DNA from: Chiloscyllium plagiosum
Lineage: Eukaryota
Direction of reading: 5' to 3'
Length of the DNA stretch: 64,000 nucleotides
Assembly: GCF_004010195.1 (NCBI RefSeq)
Contig: NC_057719.1
Span: 24,107,933 to 24,171,932 of the forward strand
Shown here piece by piece: positions 51,269 to 63,129 of the stretch (position 1 is the first letter of the stretch; each line of letters starts with the position of its first letter). The notes under the pieces are model-generated. The model was not told where the DNA came from and ran no database searches. It was given only the letters and a program-made list of their open reading frames with translations. Both the position numbers and the translations under genes were made by a program.

Positions 51269-52828
51269 AGAGTGTTGGCATAAAATTGGACTGTTCAGCA
51301 AGCAAGAAGTTCCCCAAAATACAGAATCACCTTGCTGTATTTTGCCAAAATCTAGAGTTTGTATTATTCTAGCGAATCTATAAAAACCATTGATAATGTT
51401 ATTTGGTTCCAAAAGGAGCCCCACTACTGGGCATGCAGTTTAGCTTTGTCCTGAAGATCACAAATTACCTGAGGTTAGAAACACTTGTCCTAATATCTGT
51501 AAACATAACTTAATAGATGAACTGTCATTGTAGAATCGTTCCAAAATGACTCAGCTTCAACTATTTTTAAAGTACAATATTTCTAGCTTTTTGCTTATTA
51601 GGATTGGCAGTCATTCCTTCAACTGCCTCGGCCACAAGCTCTGGCATTCCTTTGCTGAATCACTCTCCCTTTAAATGTTATAAGTCATGGATCAAGCTTC
51701 CAGTCCCCTGTCCTAATATCTTATGTGGCTTTGTGAAAACATGTGTTTGATAACACTGCTGGGAAGCATCTTAATGTACTTTACTATATTCAAGTTGGTA
51801 TATGAATGGAAGATATTGAGCAGCCAGTTGAGGAGCTTTGCTGATAATGTTTTATTTCCATTATAACAATCAACAATAAGGGGCGATTATTTTCATTTAT
51901 AATGTCCTGCTCTTAGATTTCCTTACTCGTAACAGAAACTGGCCTGTCTGGGACTGTACATAGTTTGATTAAAACGTAGCTGAGAGCAACTGAATTGAAC
52001 AGCTATATATAATAAACAATAAGGTAAAGTGATATATTTCTTATTGATTTTCATCAGACTGTTGACAAACAATTCAGTATTTCCAGAAATTCTGCATAAT
52101 AAAAACAGCGATGATGATATTGTGCATTTAATGCTCACTACTAACACCGTATGATTCAATAATAAATTGCCAATGCTCACAGAAAAATTATTGTTGCAAA
52201 AAGGTTCTACTTTAGCAAGTTGTTAAATCTGCCATTTCCGGTAACAACTTTGTGAATCCTTATAGTAATTTTATAAAAGTAGTCATTGAAACAATAACTA
52301 CTCAGAGATGTCACTGTAGCAGAGTAAAATCTAGATCATGAATAAAACTAGTAAAAACAATTAGGAAAGACAAATTTCTGAATGTCAGAACTCAGAAACC
52401 CTCTGTTTACACGTCTGGTAACAAGCATTTGGTCCACGACATCTCATAGCAACACCATTTACAGTTCAGGCAGCTTGGCCATGTTAACTCCACCATTTAT
52501 CATTCAAATGACCTGTCAAATCTGAAGTGCAAATTCTCTTACAGAATTAAAAGTCTTAGCTGAGATGTTGAGATAAAACAACCAAAACATTTTTTTTTAC
52601 TTTTGTTAAGATTCAGAAGCAGGAGTGCACGTTTTTTCTATTTAAAGCTTGTCATAGTGAAATAATTTATACCCTTTAACCCTTATTTAATGCCAATTTA
52701 GAACAGGAGTACTTGTATGTGCAGAGTTCAAGCTGGGCAAGACCACAAAGTGCTTAGTCTTTGGTCTATAGGATTGATGAAACATCTCAAGGGGAAGGAG
52801 CTGCCTAGGAACGTTATCTTCCTCCAAA

Positions 52829-53922
52829 TAGAGTCATAGAGATGTACAGCATGGAAACAGACCCTTCGGTCCAACCTGTCCACGCCGACCAGATATCCCA
52901 ACCCGATCTAGTCCCACCTGCCAGCACCCGGCCCATATCCCTCCAAACCCTTCCTATTCATATACCCATCCAAATGCCTCTTAAATGTTGCAATTGTACC
53001 AGCCTCCACCACATCCTCTGGCAGCTCATTCCATACACGTACCACCCTCTGCATGAAAAAGTTGCCCCTTAGGTCTCTTTTATATCATTCCCCTCTCACC
53101 CTAAACCTATGCCCTCTAGTTCTGGATTCCCCAATCCCAGAGAAAAGACTTTGTCTATTTATCCGATCCATGCCCCTCATAATTTTGTAAACCTCTATAA
53201 GGTCACCCCTCAGCCTCCGACGCTCCAGGGAAAACAGCCCCAGCCTGTTCAGCCTCTCCCTATAGCTCAAATCCTCCAACCCTGGCAACATCCTTGTAAA
53301 TCTTTTCTGAACCCTTGCATGTTTCACAACGTCTTTCCGATAAGAAGGAGACCAGAATTGTACGCAATATTCCAACAGTGGCCTATCCAATGTCCTGTAC
53401 AGCTGCAACATGACCTCCCAACTCCTGTACTCAATACTCTTGACCAATAAAGGAAAGCATACCAAACGCCTTCTTCACTATCCTATCTACCTGCGACTCC
53501 ACTTTCAAGGAGCTTTGAACCTGCACTCCAAGGTCCCTTTGTTCAGCAACACTCCCTAGGACCTTACCATTAAGTGTATAAGTCCTGCTAAGATTTGCTT
53601 TCCCAAAATGCAGCACCTCGCATTTATCTGAATTGAACTCCATCTGCCACTTCTCAGACCATTGGCCCATCTGGTCCAGATCCTGTTGTAATCTAAGGTA
53701 ACCCTCTTCACTATCCACTACACTTCCAATTTTGGTGTCATCCGCAAACTGTACCTCTTATGCTTGCATCCAAATCATTTATGTCAATGACAAAGAGTAG
53801 AGGACCCAGCACTGATCCTTGTGGCACTCCACTGGTCACAGGCCTCCAGTCTGAAAAACAACCCTCCATCATCACCCTCTGTCTTCTATCTTTGAGCCAG
53901 TTCTGTATCCAAATGGCTAATT
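52829..53922 (-). mobile_element. Young 5'-truncated CR1 (HER1-like) LINE, same subfamily as 50199-51268
   Basis: ORFs 53431..53718 and 53085..53465; tail tagagtcatagag. Confidence 0.95.
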
Positions 53923-55580
53923 AACCACCTAATTTTATTAAATCTGAGCTGTGCTTTAAATCTTCCAGATATTTTAAGAGTCTGGGATTTCTCTCTCCAG
54001 AACATATATTTCCCACTCAAGAGGTATATACAAAGTGGGTCACTTAAGTTGTAAAAGAAATAATTAAATGAGACAATTTACTAATTTGACAAAATCTAGC
54101 AACAGAAATTAACAAGCAATGGTCTTAAAGTGGAGGAGTATATGACTATCCCATCCAATCTCCAAATCAAAGGCTCATGCCCTTGCATACTTACAATTCA
54201 GTGCAGCAGCTATGAAGGATGGTCTTCCAGTTCGAGCTATGAAATGTGTTTTTGAAATCAAAAAGCTCATGTGACACTTTAAGTGCCTTTGTCTGAAAGC
54301 ATTCACTTCATTGATATGACAAGAAGACAACTAGTGTGCACAACATAACAGTAATGCTTGCTTGAACAATGAAAGTCCTGCTGAAGGGCAGCAAATTGAA
54401 GCTATATGGGTAGTATTATGGAATCACAGAGGCTGGCAACCTCCAAGTAAGCACAAAATGAGTGAGTGCTGAGGAAGCAAGCTAAGAGTCATAATATGCA
54501 TCCTGTGTAGATGTACACGTGGCCCTGCATGCAAAGTGGCCTGCCAGATGCGTACAAATCTAGGATGATCCTGAGCTCCAAAGTGAAGTGTTGAAGAGCT
54601 GATATAGTGCTTGAGTTGGTGCAACAGCGGGCGGGTGATGTGAAAGGCTTGCAGCGTGTCACTGATGACATGTGGATGAAGAGTGGAAGGGGATGGTGGC
54701 CAAAGACAATGCAGGGACAATATGGTGAAGACAGAGTTGCATGATGTCCAGAACAAGCAATTGCCGAGCTCCAGCCATCAGTCTGACTTGTATGTTGGGA
54801 ATTTGCACCATCTAGTCTCTCAGGGAAGGAGAGGAAAACTGAAAGTTGTGCATAAACAAGGTGAGCTCTTAATGAGACGCAGATACATTGGAACAGGGTG
54901 GTCACCACTTATTACTGAGATTTTGAAATTACCATTGGAAATTTAAGGGATCCTGAGTCATTTCACCTTCTCTGTACTTTCCCAAATTTCCAACCATTGC
55001 CCATGCCACACCAGGGAAGGGAAAATTCCACGCTTATTTTTTTAAATGGCTAACAATTAAAAAAAGAATATCACCAGTAAATAATGTGTGGATGCTTTTC
55101 AATTATCATTGACAAGCTACAGAAGTATTAGATCAAGCAATGGCATATAAAGTGCAAGGAAAAATAAAGTAAAACAGCAGATGCAACCCGGTGTTTCACT
55201 GCACCCACACTTCTTCATGCACTATTTGTTGACCAAAAAGATGGACAATTCAACTTGTCCCAACTCCCTTGCTAAGTCCAATTTATAGGCTATAAATGAG
55301 TAATTAACAGCAAATATGGTTCACTGTGTCACAATTTCACTTTATAGATGCAGTTTGGAAGTATGCCACACATTAACCTATTGACTTCTACAGCATAACG
55401 CTCAAAAATATAGACAAGGCTGAGTCAGTTTACTGGAAATTACAGTCCATGCAAAGTGGAGTTCAAATCCAGGCTGATAAAATAGAAATTTCTTCTCATG
55501 ATTATGCAGTTAACAAAAGCAGTTAGGTGTGTAGAGGTAGTACGGTAGAGCTGTCAATTTCTAATAAATGTGAAATTTAT

Positions 55581-55928
55581 TCACAGAATCTCTACAGTGT
55601 AGAAACAGGCCCTTCGGCCCAACAAGTCCACACCAACCCTCCAAACAGTAACTACCCAGACCCATTCCCCTACCCTATAACTCTACATTTACCCCTGACT
55701 AATGCACCTAACCCACATATCCCTGAAGACTATGGGCAATTTAGTATGGCCAATTCACTTAACCTGCACATCTTTGGACTATGGGAGGAAATCAGAGCAC
55801 TCAGAGGAAATCCACGCAGACAGAGGGAGAATGTGCAAACTCCACACAGACAGTTGCCCGAGGCTGGAATTGATCCCATGTTCCTTGCGCTGTGAGGCAG
55901 CAGTGCTAACCACTGAGCCACCATTCCG
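55581..55928 (-). mobile_element. HE1-type SINE
   Basis: Same head, core and tail as the other copies. Confidence 0.9.
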
Positions 55929-56143
55929 CTCAACCTTTATTCAGAAAGGTTGAGAGATTTATGAAACATTCACAAAAGTGAGTAATGGGTTGGAGTTGGT
56001 GGAGGATGGTATGGGGGGTTGGGGTTGGTGATGGTTAGGGACAGCAATGATGAAAGAACATACTGTCAAACCGAAAATAACAAACAATTCAGTTAAAAAT
56101 CACACAACACCAGGTTATAGTCCAACAGGTTTAATTGGAAGCA

Positions 56144-56178
56144 CACTAGCTTTCAGAGCAACGCTCCTTCATCAGGTG
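56144..56178 (-). ncRNA. Minimal type I hammerhead ribozyme motif (sense to PPP4R4 pre-mRNA)
   Basis: CAC-CUGAUGA-A-GGAGC-GUU-GCUCU-GAAA-GCUA-GUG. Confidence 0.75.
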
Positions 56179-56272
56179 ATAGTAGAGGGCTCAATCCCAA
56201 CACAGAATTTATAGCAAAACTTTATAGCAAAAATTGCTATAAATTCTGTGTTGGGATTGAGCCCTCCACTAT

Positions 56273-56307
56273 CACCTGATGAAGGAGCGTCGCTCCGAAA
56301 GCTAGTG
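56273..56307 (+). ncRNA. Minimal type I hammerhead ribozyme motif
   Basis: CAC-CUGAUGA-A-GGAGC-GUC-GCUCC-GAAA-GCUA-GUG; predicted cleavage after A56304. Confidence 0.8.
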
Positions 56308-58570
56308 TGCTTCCAATTAAACCTGTTGGACTATAACCTGGTGTTGTGTGATTTTTAACTTTGTCCACCCCAGTCCAACACCGGTATCTCCAAATCATGA
56401 ATACAATTCAGAAAAGACCCAAAAGTAAAATTATGAACAAACAAAATAATTTTCGTTGTTACAACGAAAAATTACGTCCACCTGCACTTCGTATTAGGTG
56501 AAGCAGTGACATGGGGAAAATAGGATTGAGCCCAACCATGATCGATTGTAAACTTCAAATGCAATAAAATCTGGAATTGGAAGCTAGCCTAATGGTTGGT
56601 TGTTATACAAAAAGAAGGTTCAGTAATGTTCCTTAGGGAAGGAAATCTACCATCCTTACCCAATCTTGCATATATGTGACTCCAGATGCAAAACTTTGGC
56701 TAACTCTTTTCTGCCCTCCAAAATGAAGAAGTTTCAAGAAGATAAGAGATGGGATTTTTGGCTTAATTACGAGAAGATTCAGACTTTGAATGGACTAGGA
56801 GGCCTCTATAGTATTAGTTGCCTAGAAATCCTAGTTGGACCGAGAATTCTGATTTACAGACCCAAGGTTCAAGTAAAGATGATACCCTGAAACTGCAAGA
56901 GTTGCTCTTAAAATCCCAACTTAGTACAAGTCCCTGGGAACCTCTAAGAGTATTTCAAACTACCTGGTAAAACTTTAAAACACAATCATAGTTTTTTCTT
57001 AAGACCTGAATTCAAGTTGGTTGGAATCCGAACTATCATCAATCTTCAACGGATAGCAATTAAGCTTCATTGAGAGAGTAGACATGACAACTCATTAAAT
57101 TCTATCCTTTGTTTTTTGAGGAGAAAGTCCTTTTTCCCCTACTCTTTATGCCCAAAAAAATCTCTGCAGAGACTTGTCTCATGTTTTATGAATGCGTCTG
57201 TGTACAAAACTAAGGCAATAGAATTTTAATTTTGGATCACAGTTTAGGAATTAGCCAGTGTTTGCCACTGAATAAGTGTTTTTTTCCACAATAAACAGGC
57301 TATTTTCAGTTAACTAAAGAAGCCTGCTGGATGTTTATTTTAATCTGCAAAGTATTACAAACCAGATCATTTTAATAATTGACTCAACACATATATAGTA
57401 ATGGTGCGATGGTGTAGTTGGGCTCAATTATCAGTGGACTCTTGCCATCACAGTCATAACATAGCTTGGGGGCTTGGAACAACTTGACAGACAGCAGATT
57501 CATAACACTAAACCTTTCCACCATCACCCCCATAAACTCAAGGAGGAAGAGTGAAAGGAAGACAAGTACCTGGGGTAAGGAAGGGACAGATAGGAATACC
57601 CCAAGAATTCCTCCTCAGACTGGAAAGGAAGGTGCTGAGGGTAGGAATAAAAAAATCAAAGGCCAAAGTGTTTCTGCCTCATTTACTCTAATAAAGTGGT
57701 ACACCTTTATTTAGAATGCTTAAAGTTGCAATTGAAACCTATTGGGATTTGTACAAATGATTCCAACAGAAGAGACCAACATGAAAAGCATCAAGTTGTA
57801 GCTATAACTGCAAGACCAAAGGTAGATACTGCAGGAGAGGAGAATAAGCTATTTCTATTGGCTTTTCTATTTTTATTTCTTTCACAATTTTCTCCTGCAT
57901 CTGTAAGAACAGTGAAATCATAATTTATGACGAGTCTGCTTATTTAACAGATAATTTTAACAACTTCAATATTTTATTTCTTGATCTTCAGTATCTGGCA
58001 AAGTAGGCCGTTTTCCTCCCTTTGTCTCCCTATGACTAGTACTTAGCCAGTACAGACACAATGGGTCGAATGGCCTCTTTCTTTACTGTAAAATTCTATG
58101 ATTATTTGTGGGATAGTTGATACACTTAGCTTTTAAACTTAAACACAAGTTAGTGGAAATGTACATTTGAACATTTCATAAGTCTACAATAGTTCACAAC
58201 ATTTCTAGTGTTTAGTCAAGCACAAAGAAGCTGCAGCATACAATATTCAATTGGTTAGATCCCCATGACTTCCCCTTTAAGCACCAGCATAAAAGTTCAC
58301 ATCATATCATTCAAAGGCTCTTAACAAATCATCAAACAAATAGCTATAACAAACTGGAACATCCTGTGACTTGATTTTTAACCAAAACAGGTGTTCTTCT
58401 AAAGTATTTTGTTAAATTATTTCTAATGTCAATTAAAATGTCATATTTTCCACTTACACATTATTTAACTTTTATAAACTTACTCAGTCTCAATATCATG
58501 CAACATTGTTCATGGATAGCCAAAAGCACCCAGAATTAGAGATAACTGTACATAACCTGCAAACTGATTT

Positions 58571-58890
58571 TAGATTAGATTAGATTCCGTACAGTGTGGA
58601 AACAGGCCCTTCGGCCCAACAAGTCCACACCGACCCTCCGAAGAGTAACCCACCCAGACCCATTCGCCTACTCTATGTTTACCAATGCACCTAACACTAT
58701 GGGCAATTTAGCATGGCCACTTCACCTGATCTGCACATCTTTGGACTGTGGGAGGAAACTGGAGCACCCGGAGGAAACCCATGCAGACATGGGGAGAATT
58801 TACAAACTCCACACAGACAGTCGCCCAAGGCAGGAATCGAACCCGGGTGCCTAGTACTGTGAGGCAGCAGTGCTAACCACTGAGCCCCCA
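58571..58890 (-). mobile_element. HE1-type SINE
   Basis: (tagat)n tail, core and reverse-complement head. Confidence 0.9.
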
Positions 58891-59139
58891 TTTGTCGAGA
58901 GTTTTGTGTATACATACCCCAGACATCTCTACTGTCTAATTCCAAAGTATTGACATAAAAATATATTAAAAATTGATACTGGGAAACGACAACAACATTA
59001 TCTTTCTTTAGTAGCTAGGTAAATCAATCATCATAGTCAACTATTTATAAAGTAAATTAAGCTTCAAGGAACACTTAGTGTCAGGTAAGTATTAATTGAT
59101 AAGTGACATGTGGTACTTCGTTTTTGTTTGGATGAAACA

Positions 59140-59640
59140 GAGCCATTCAGCACAGAAACAGACCTTTCAGTCCACTCGGCATGCCGACCAGAAGTCCTAA
59201 ATTAATCTAGTCCCATCTGCCAGCATTTGGCCTATTTCCCTCGAAACCCTTCCCATTCATATACCCATTCAAATACCTTCTTAATGCTGTAATTGAAGCA
59301 GCCTACACCATTTCCTCTGGCAGCTCATTCCATGAACACATCATGCTTTGTGTGACAAAATTGCTCTTTCAGTCCCTTTTAAATATTTTGTCTCTCACCA
59401 TAAACTTATGCCTTCTAGTTTTTGACTCCCTACCCTGGGGAAAAGACCTTGACTATTCACCCTATCCATGCTCCTCATGATTTTTGTAAACTTCTATGAT
59501 GTTATTCTTCCACCTCTGAAGTTACAGATAAAATAGCCTCAGCCTATTCAATCTCTCCGGTTCTGGCAACATCCTAGTAATTTTTTTCTGAACCCTTTCA
59601 AATTTAACAACATCTTTCCTATAGCAAGGCAGCCAGAAGT
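59140..59640 (-). mobile_element. CR1 LINE 3' fragment
   Basis: Diverged match to 52829-53350. Confidence 0.85.
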
Positions 59641-61463
59641 GAATGCAAATAACCTAAACAAACACAATCCGTTATCTGAATTAGCAAACTTCCATTTAGG
59701 GGCAAATGAAAACGTATCCTTGGTTCAAAAAACATCCAACCCTGATTTTGTTGCATTAATGGTGAGTACGCTTCCAGCAACAAATTCCAACATCAGTATA
59801 TTCACAGCAAAATGCAAAAATCAAAGGTGCTGTGCGAGTTGCTCTGTTCCTCCAAAAGCAGTGCTATACTGGTATTTTGATAAGAAGCTCACACTGAACC
59901 ACATGGAGTTGCAGTGCTTGCCCTACAGATAGCAACTAAACATGCTAGAGAAACTTGCCGCTTCTTCATTCAAATACAAGTTAACTTGTCAAGACGTGCT
60001 AAGTTTCAACAACAAACAACAAACACCTTAGGCAATGAAACTTCACTGCCAAATTGTAGAACTGCATTCCATCAAATTTCAATTGTTGTTGGGATTTCTT
60101 TGAAAAATAAATCAGGTTTTCTTGGTATTCTTTCGCTGTCTTTAACCAATCTTCTTTTTCTTGCATTTATTTTGCTTTCTGTTAATGGTTTAACACTGAA
60201 TTCAATATCCTAACTTATACTTCCTTGTTTAGACTCTGTGTAGCTCATGTTCTGTCTAAGTTAACAAACCTTTTCTTGCCCATTCCCCAGGTCCCAGTAA
60301 TCATGTCAAGAGAGTTATTTTATTCAGGATTACTATTAGCTGCACATATCAATGTAAAAGCACATAGCAAGCCTGTTGGCAAGTATAACCACAATGAAGT
60401 ATGTAGGTTATTTGGTCACTACTTCTCAGAGTTTACAAACTCGCAAGATAAACAGAATACCATATTAAACAGGTTTCAATTAGAAGTTCCTGGATTTGAT
60501 TTTAAAAGCTTATGGGAAACACATCTAGCTTGGAAAAGAAGGGGTTATTTTTAGGATTCAGTCTGGGACAGTTCTACAGAGGTCTTGGATGAAGATGAAT
60601 TTATAAAGCAACTTTTCTCAGAAAGGAGAAAATAGTTAGATTTCTTAATAAATTACTTTAGAAAAAAAAAGTTTAGTAATAGTGTCAGACCAGGAGTATT
60701 TAGGTAAAACCCTAAACTAGTCTTATGAGGACTGAGAACATTGAAGTTCAGGTGTATGAAGGTTCCTGGAAAATGCTATCAGATGTTCCAGGCTGGGAAT
60801 GGAATTCATGTTAAATCAATTGTTAGAGAAGGAAATCTTTCTCTGGTGTAAGTACTATACAAGATGTGCTTTTGGGTACTATATAGGGATGTTTTTGGAA
60901 TCACTGAAGCAGCATATAGGGGATTAATGATATGTTACCATGTGCTTCAAAATCTTTAAGTTTCTATTATAAATTTAAACTGTAAATAGGCTGACTTATT
61001 CTATTTTAGCTTCATTTCTTTGGCTTCTATTTTATTGTTAAACTCAGTTCTACAATACTGAGTGCTTGTTCTTCAGTAGGAATCTACCTGTTAAAACTAA
61101 AATAAAACATGGTCAATTAAGACAGATTTTAGTCTGGGATCTGACTTGTCCACTACTGACATCAGCTGAAATTATAACACTTGTTTTTACCAATGGAATC
61201 ACAACACAAAATGTTTACTTTTTTCAAACAAAAATAAACATTATTATATTTTAAAGGTTTAACCATAACAAACATTATTCATTTAACATATCTAGAAACT
61301 ATACACAATTCAGAATTACTTCCTATTTCCAAAAAGATTTTCCTTCTACGACATATCAATCTTATGGGATCATCCATATGTCTGTTGCGGTCCGTTGGAG
61401 AGTTTTCTTCAGTTCCAGCTATTCTCAGAAGTAAAACTGCCATTCAACTTATTTATACTACAG

Positions 61464-61603
61464 GGTATTATTCCTGATGAAGGGCTTTTGCCCAAAACGT
61501 CGATTTTGCCTGTCCTCGGATGCTGCCTGAATTGCTGTGCTCTTCCAGCACCACTGATCCAGAATCTGGTTTCCAGCATCTGCAGTCATTGTTTTTACCT
61601 CCT
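61464..61603 (+). mobile_element. 140-bp PLE 3'-end insertion (family C) starting at a hammerhead motif
   Basis: 15-bp TSD ttatttatactacag at 61449-61463 and 61604-61618; CUGAUGA-AGGGC-UUUU-GCCC-AAAA-CGUC at 61474-61501. Confidence 0.88.
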
Positions 61604-62109
61604 TTATTTATACTACAGACCTTGTTCTGGTTACTTTTCCAGTATTCCCATGCTAATCAGCTGGCTACTTTCAAATGCAATAAGACACTGAGGTCTACCA
61701 GCAGCTTTAAAATTAGGGAACTTCCCAATTTCTGATCCTCCATAAAATTCAATTTGAAATTAAGCCTCACCCACCGTTCACATGTTCAATGGTGAAGTCA
61801 GTGCTTTCACTATCATTTATCTTGGCTAACTTCTCTCAGGTGAGTCCAAACTGCAACCCTAGATTGAAACATGAAATGCTTCCTGAGCTCCACTTATCTC
61901 CATGATGTAATGACCTAATTTGGACCATCCACAACTGACAATGTCTCCAAGTAGGTCAGGCCTTTTTTTGTTTGTTCTTTTCCCTTCTGACTCTTTAAAC
62001 AAAAATGAGTAGCCTTCTGCATTTCCATTGCTTTAGGCGTTCTGATAGTCCACTCAAGCCTTGCATCTTAATTACTTTACCTTCATAACAATATTTTTAA
62101 AGATTTATT

Positions 62110-62455
62110 TCTTTTTGAGATTTGGAAATTGCTGATAAGGTTAGCATTTGCTGTCGATGCTTAATTGCCCTTAAACTAAGTAACATCCTAAGCCATTTCA
62201 TGGGTGTGCTAAAAGATACTTTATCAGTGGTTCTGGAGTTACATGTAGGTGGATGTCAGATTTCTTTTCCTCGAGGATATTAACAAATCAGATACATTTT
62301 TTCCATGATTAATAATAGTTTCATGATCACCAGTATTGAGGCTAACTTTCAATTCCAGATTGATTAATTGAATTAAATTCTACCAGCTGCCATAGTAGGA
62401 TTTGGACGTGTCTCCAGTGCATTAACCTCGGCCTCTGAATTACTCATCCTGGGAC
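62110..62455 (-). mobile_element. Old SacSINE1-like SINE
   Basis: Degenerate reverse complement of the 34176 copy (ttctggagttacatgtagg, aattctaccagctgccat). Confidence 0.55.
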
Positions 62456-63129
62456 AATGATCGTCCAAGAACTAAACATCTCTAAATATTAACATTAACC
62501 ATGAACTAAATTTCTGCAACAATATATAAAAACTGGAATTCCTTTTTCCATTTTTAAACAAAACTCCCACCTTTAAAAAATATTTTATCTGCACTTATAG
62601 ATCACCCTGATCCTCCAATGCCATTAATCCTACAGGTTTGATTATACTTTTCACTGTTCTCCTCCTCCTTGTCACCGTGCTCGCCCACCCTACAATTTTA
62701 TTATCACTGCAAACTTTGTTCAAACCATTTCTATAAATGGGAAACAGCGGTGTTTCTAACATTTCCCAAAGAGACATAGTATAATCACAAATAGCTAATC
62801 TGTGCAACATCCAGTTACTTGGTTCTACTTGCTAGTCACTTTCCTGTCCAACCATTTTTAAAATTTTCATAAGACCTTCACTGGCAACTTATCAAGCTCT
62901 TTCTGAAAAAGACTCAATATATTAACAATGCTAGCTTTATCTTGGCACGCTGATTTCCTCAAGTAACTCAACTAATTTAATCAAACATGACCAAGCCTTC
63001 ATAAAATCATTTCAATGTGTAATGGGTTCATTCCCTTTTGGAACTCTCAAAATAATTGTATCCATTTTCTTATTCTATAAAACTCAAGATACTTCCCAGA
63101 TTAAAAATAACTCACTTCAGTGCAAGTCG

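Larger units (their letters stand above)
56091..56400. mobile_element. PLE-derived fold-back insertion (family A), 127-bp arms
   Basis: Arms 56091-56217 and 56234-56360 with 3 mismatches; ~40-bp unpaired tail; TSD acaattcag at 56084-56092 and 56403-56411. Confidence 0.92.

Noticed and set aside
51927..51979. 53-nt minus-strand segment with splice-like ends as PPP4R4 exon 2
   Set aside because: Peptide LRFNQTMYSPRQASFCY does not resemble the expected TPEEIERLTVDE...AVYLLS; exon 2 was not found in the window
9763..53718. ORFs of 100-194 aa with RT motifs as functional genes
   Set aside because: All are truncated, frameshifted CR1, Rex1 or PLE fragments; no intact autonomous ORF is present
56450..56470. 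10-bp inverted repeat ttttcgttgt/acaacgaaaa
   Set aside because: Short, AT-rich, 1-nt loop; plausible by chance
3055..58890. tRNA-like A/B boxes as tRNA genes; recurrent ORFs such as MVAQWLALLPHS and CKLHTDS
   Set aside because: These are SINE heads and chance SINE translations, not genes
59639..60554. Three consecutive plus-strand ORFs of about 100 aa
   Set aside because: No recognisable domain, non-ATG starts and no supporting splice structure
56720..61180. Two possible old solo LTRs ending ...cataaca (~57461) and ...tataaca (~61178)
   Set aside because: 5' ends and TSDs could not be identified, so the call is unsupported
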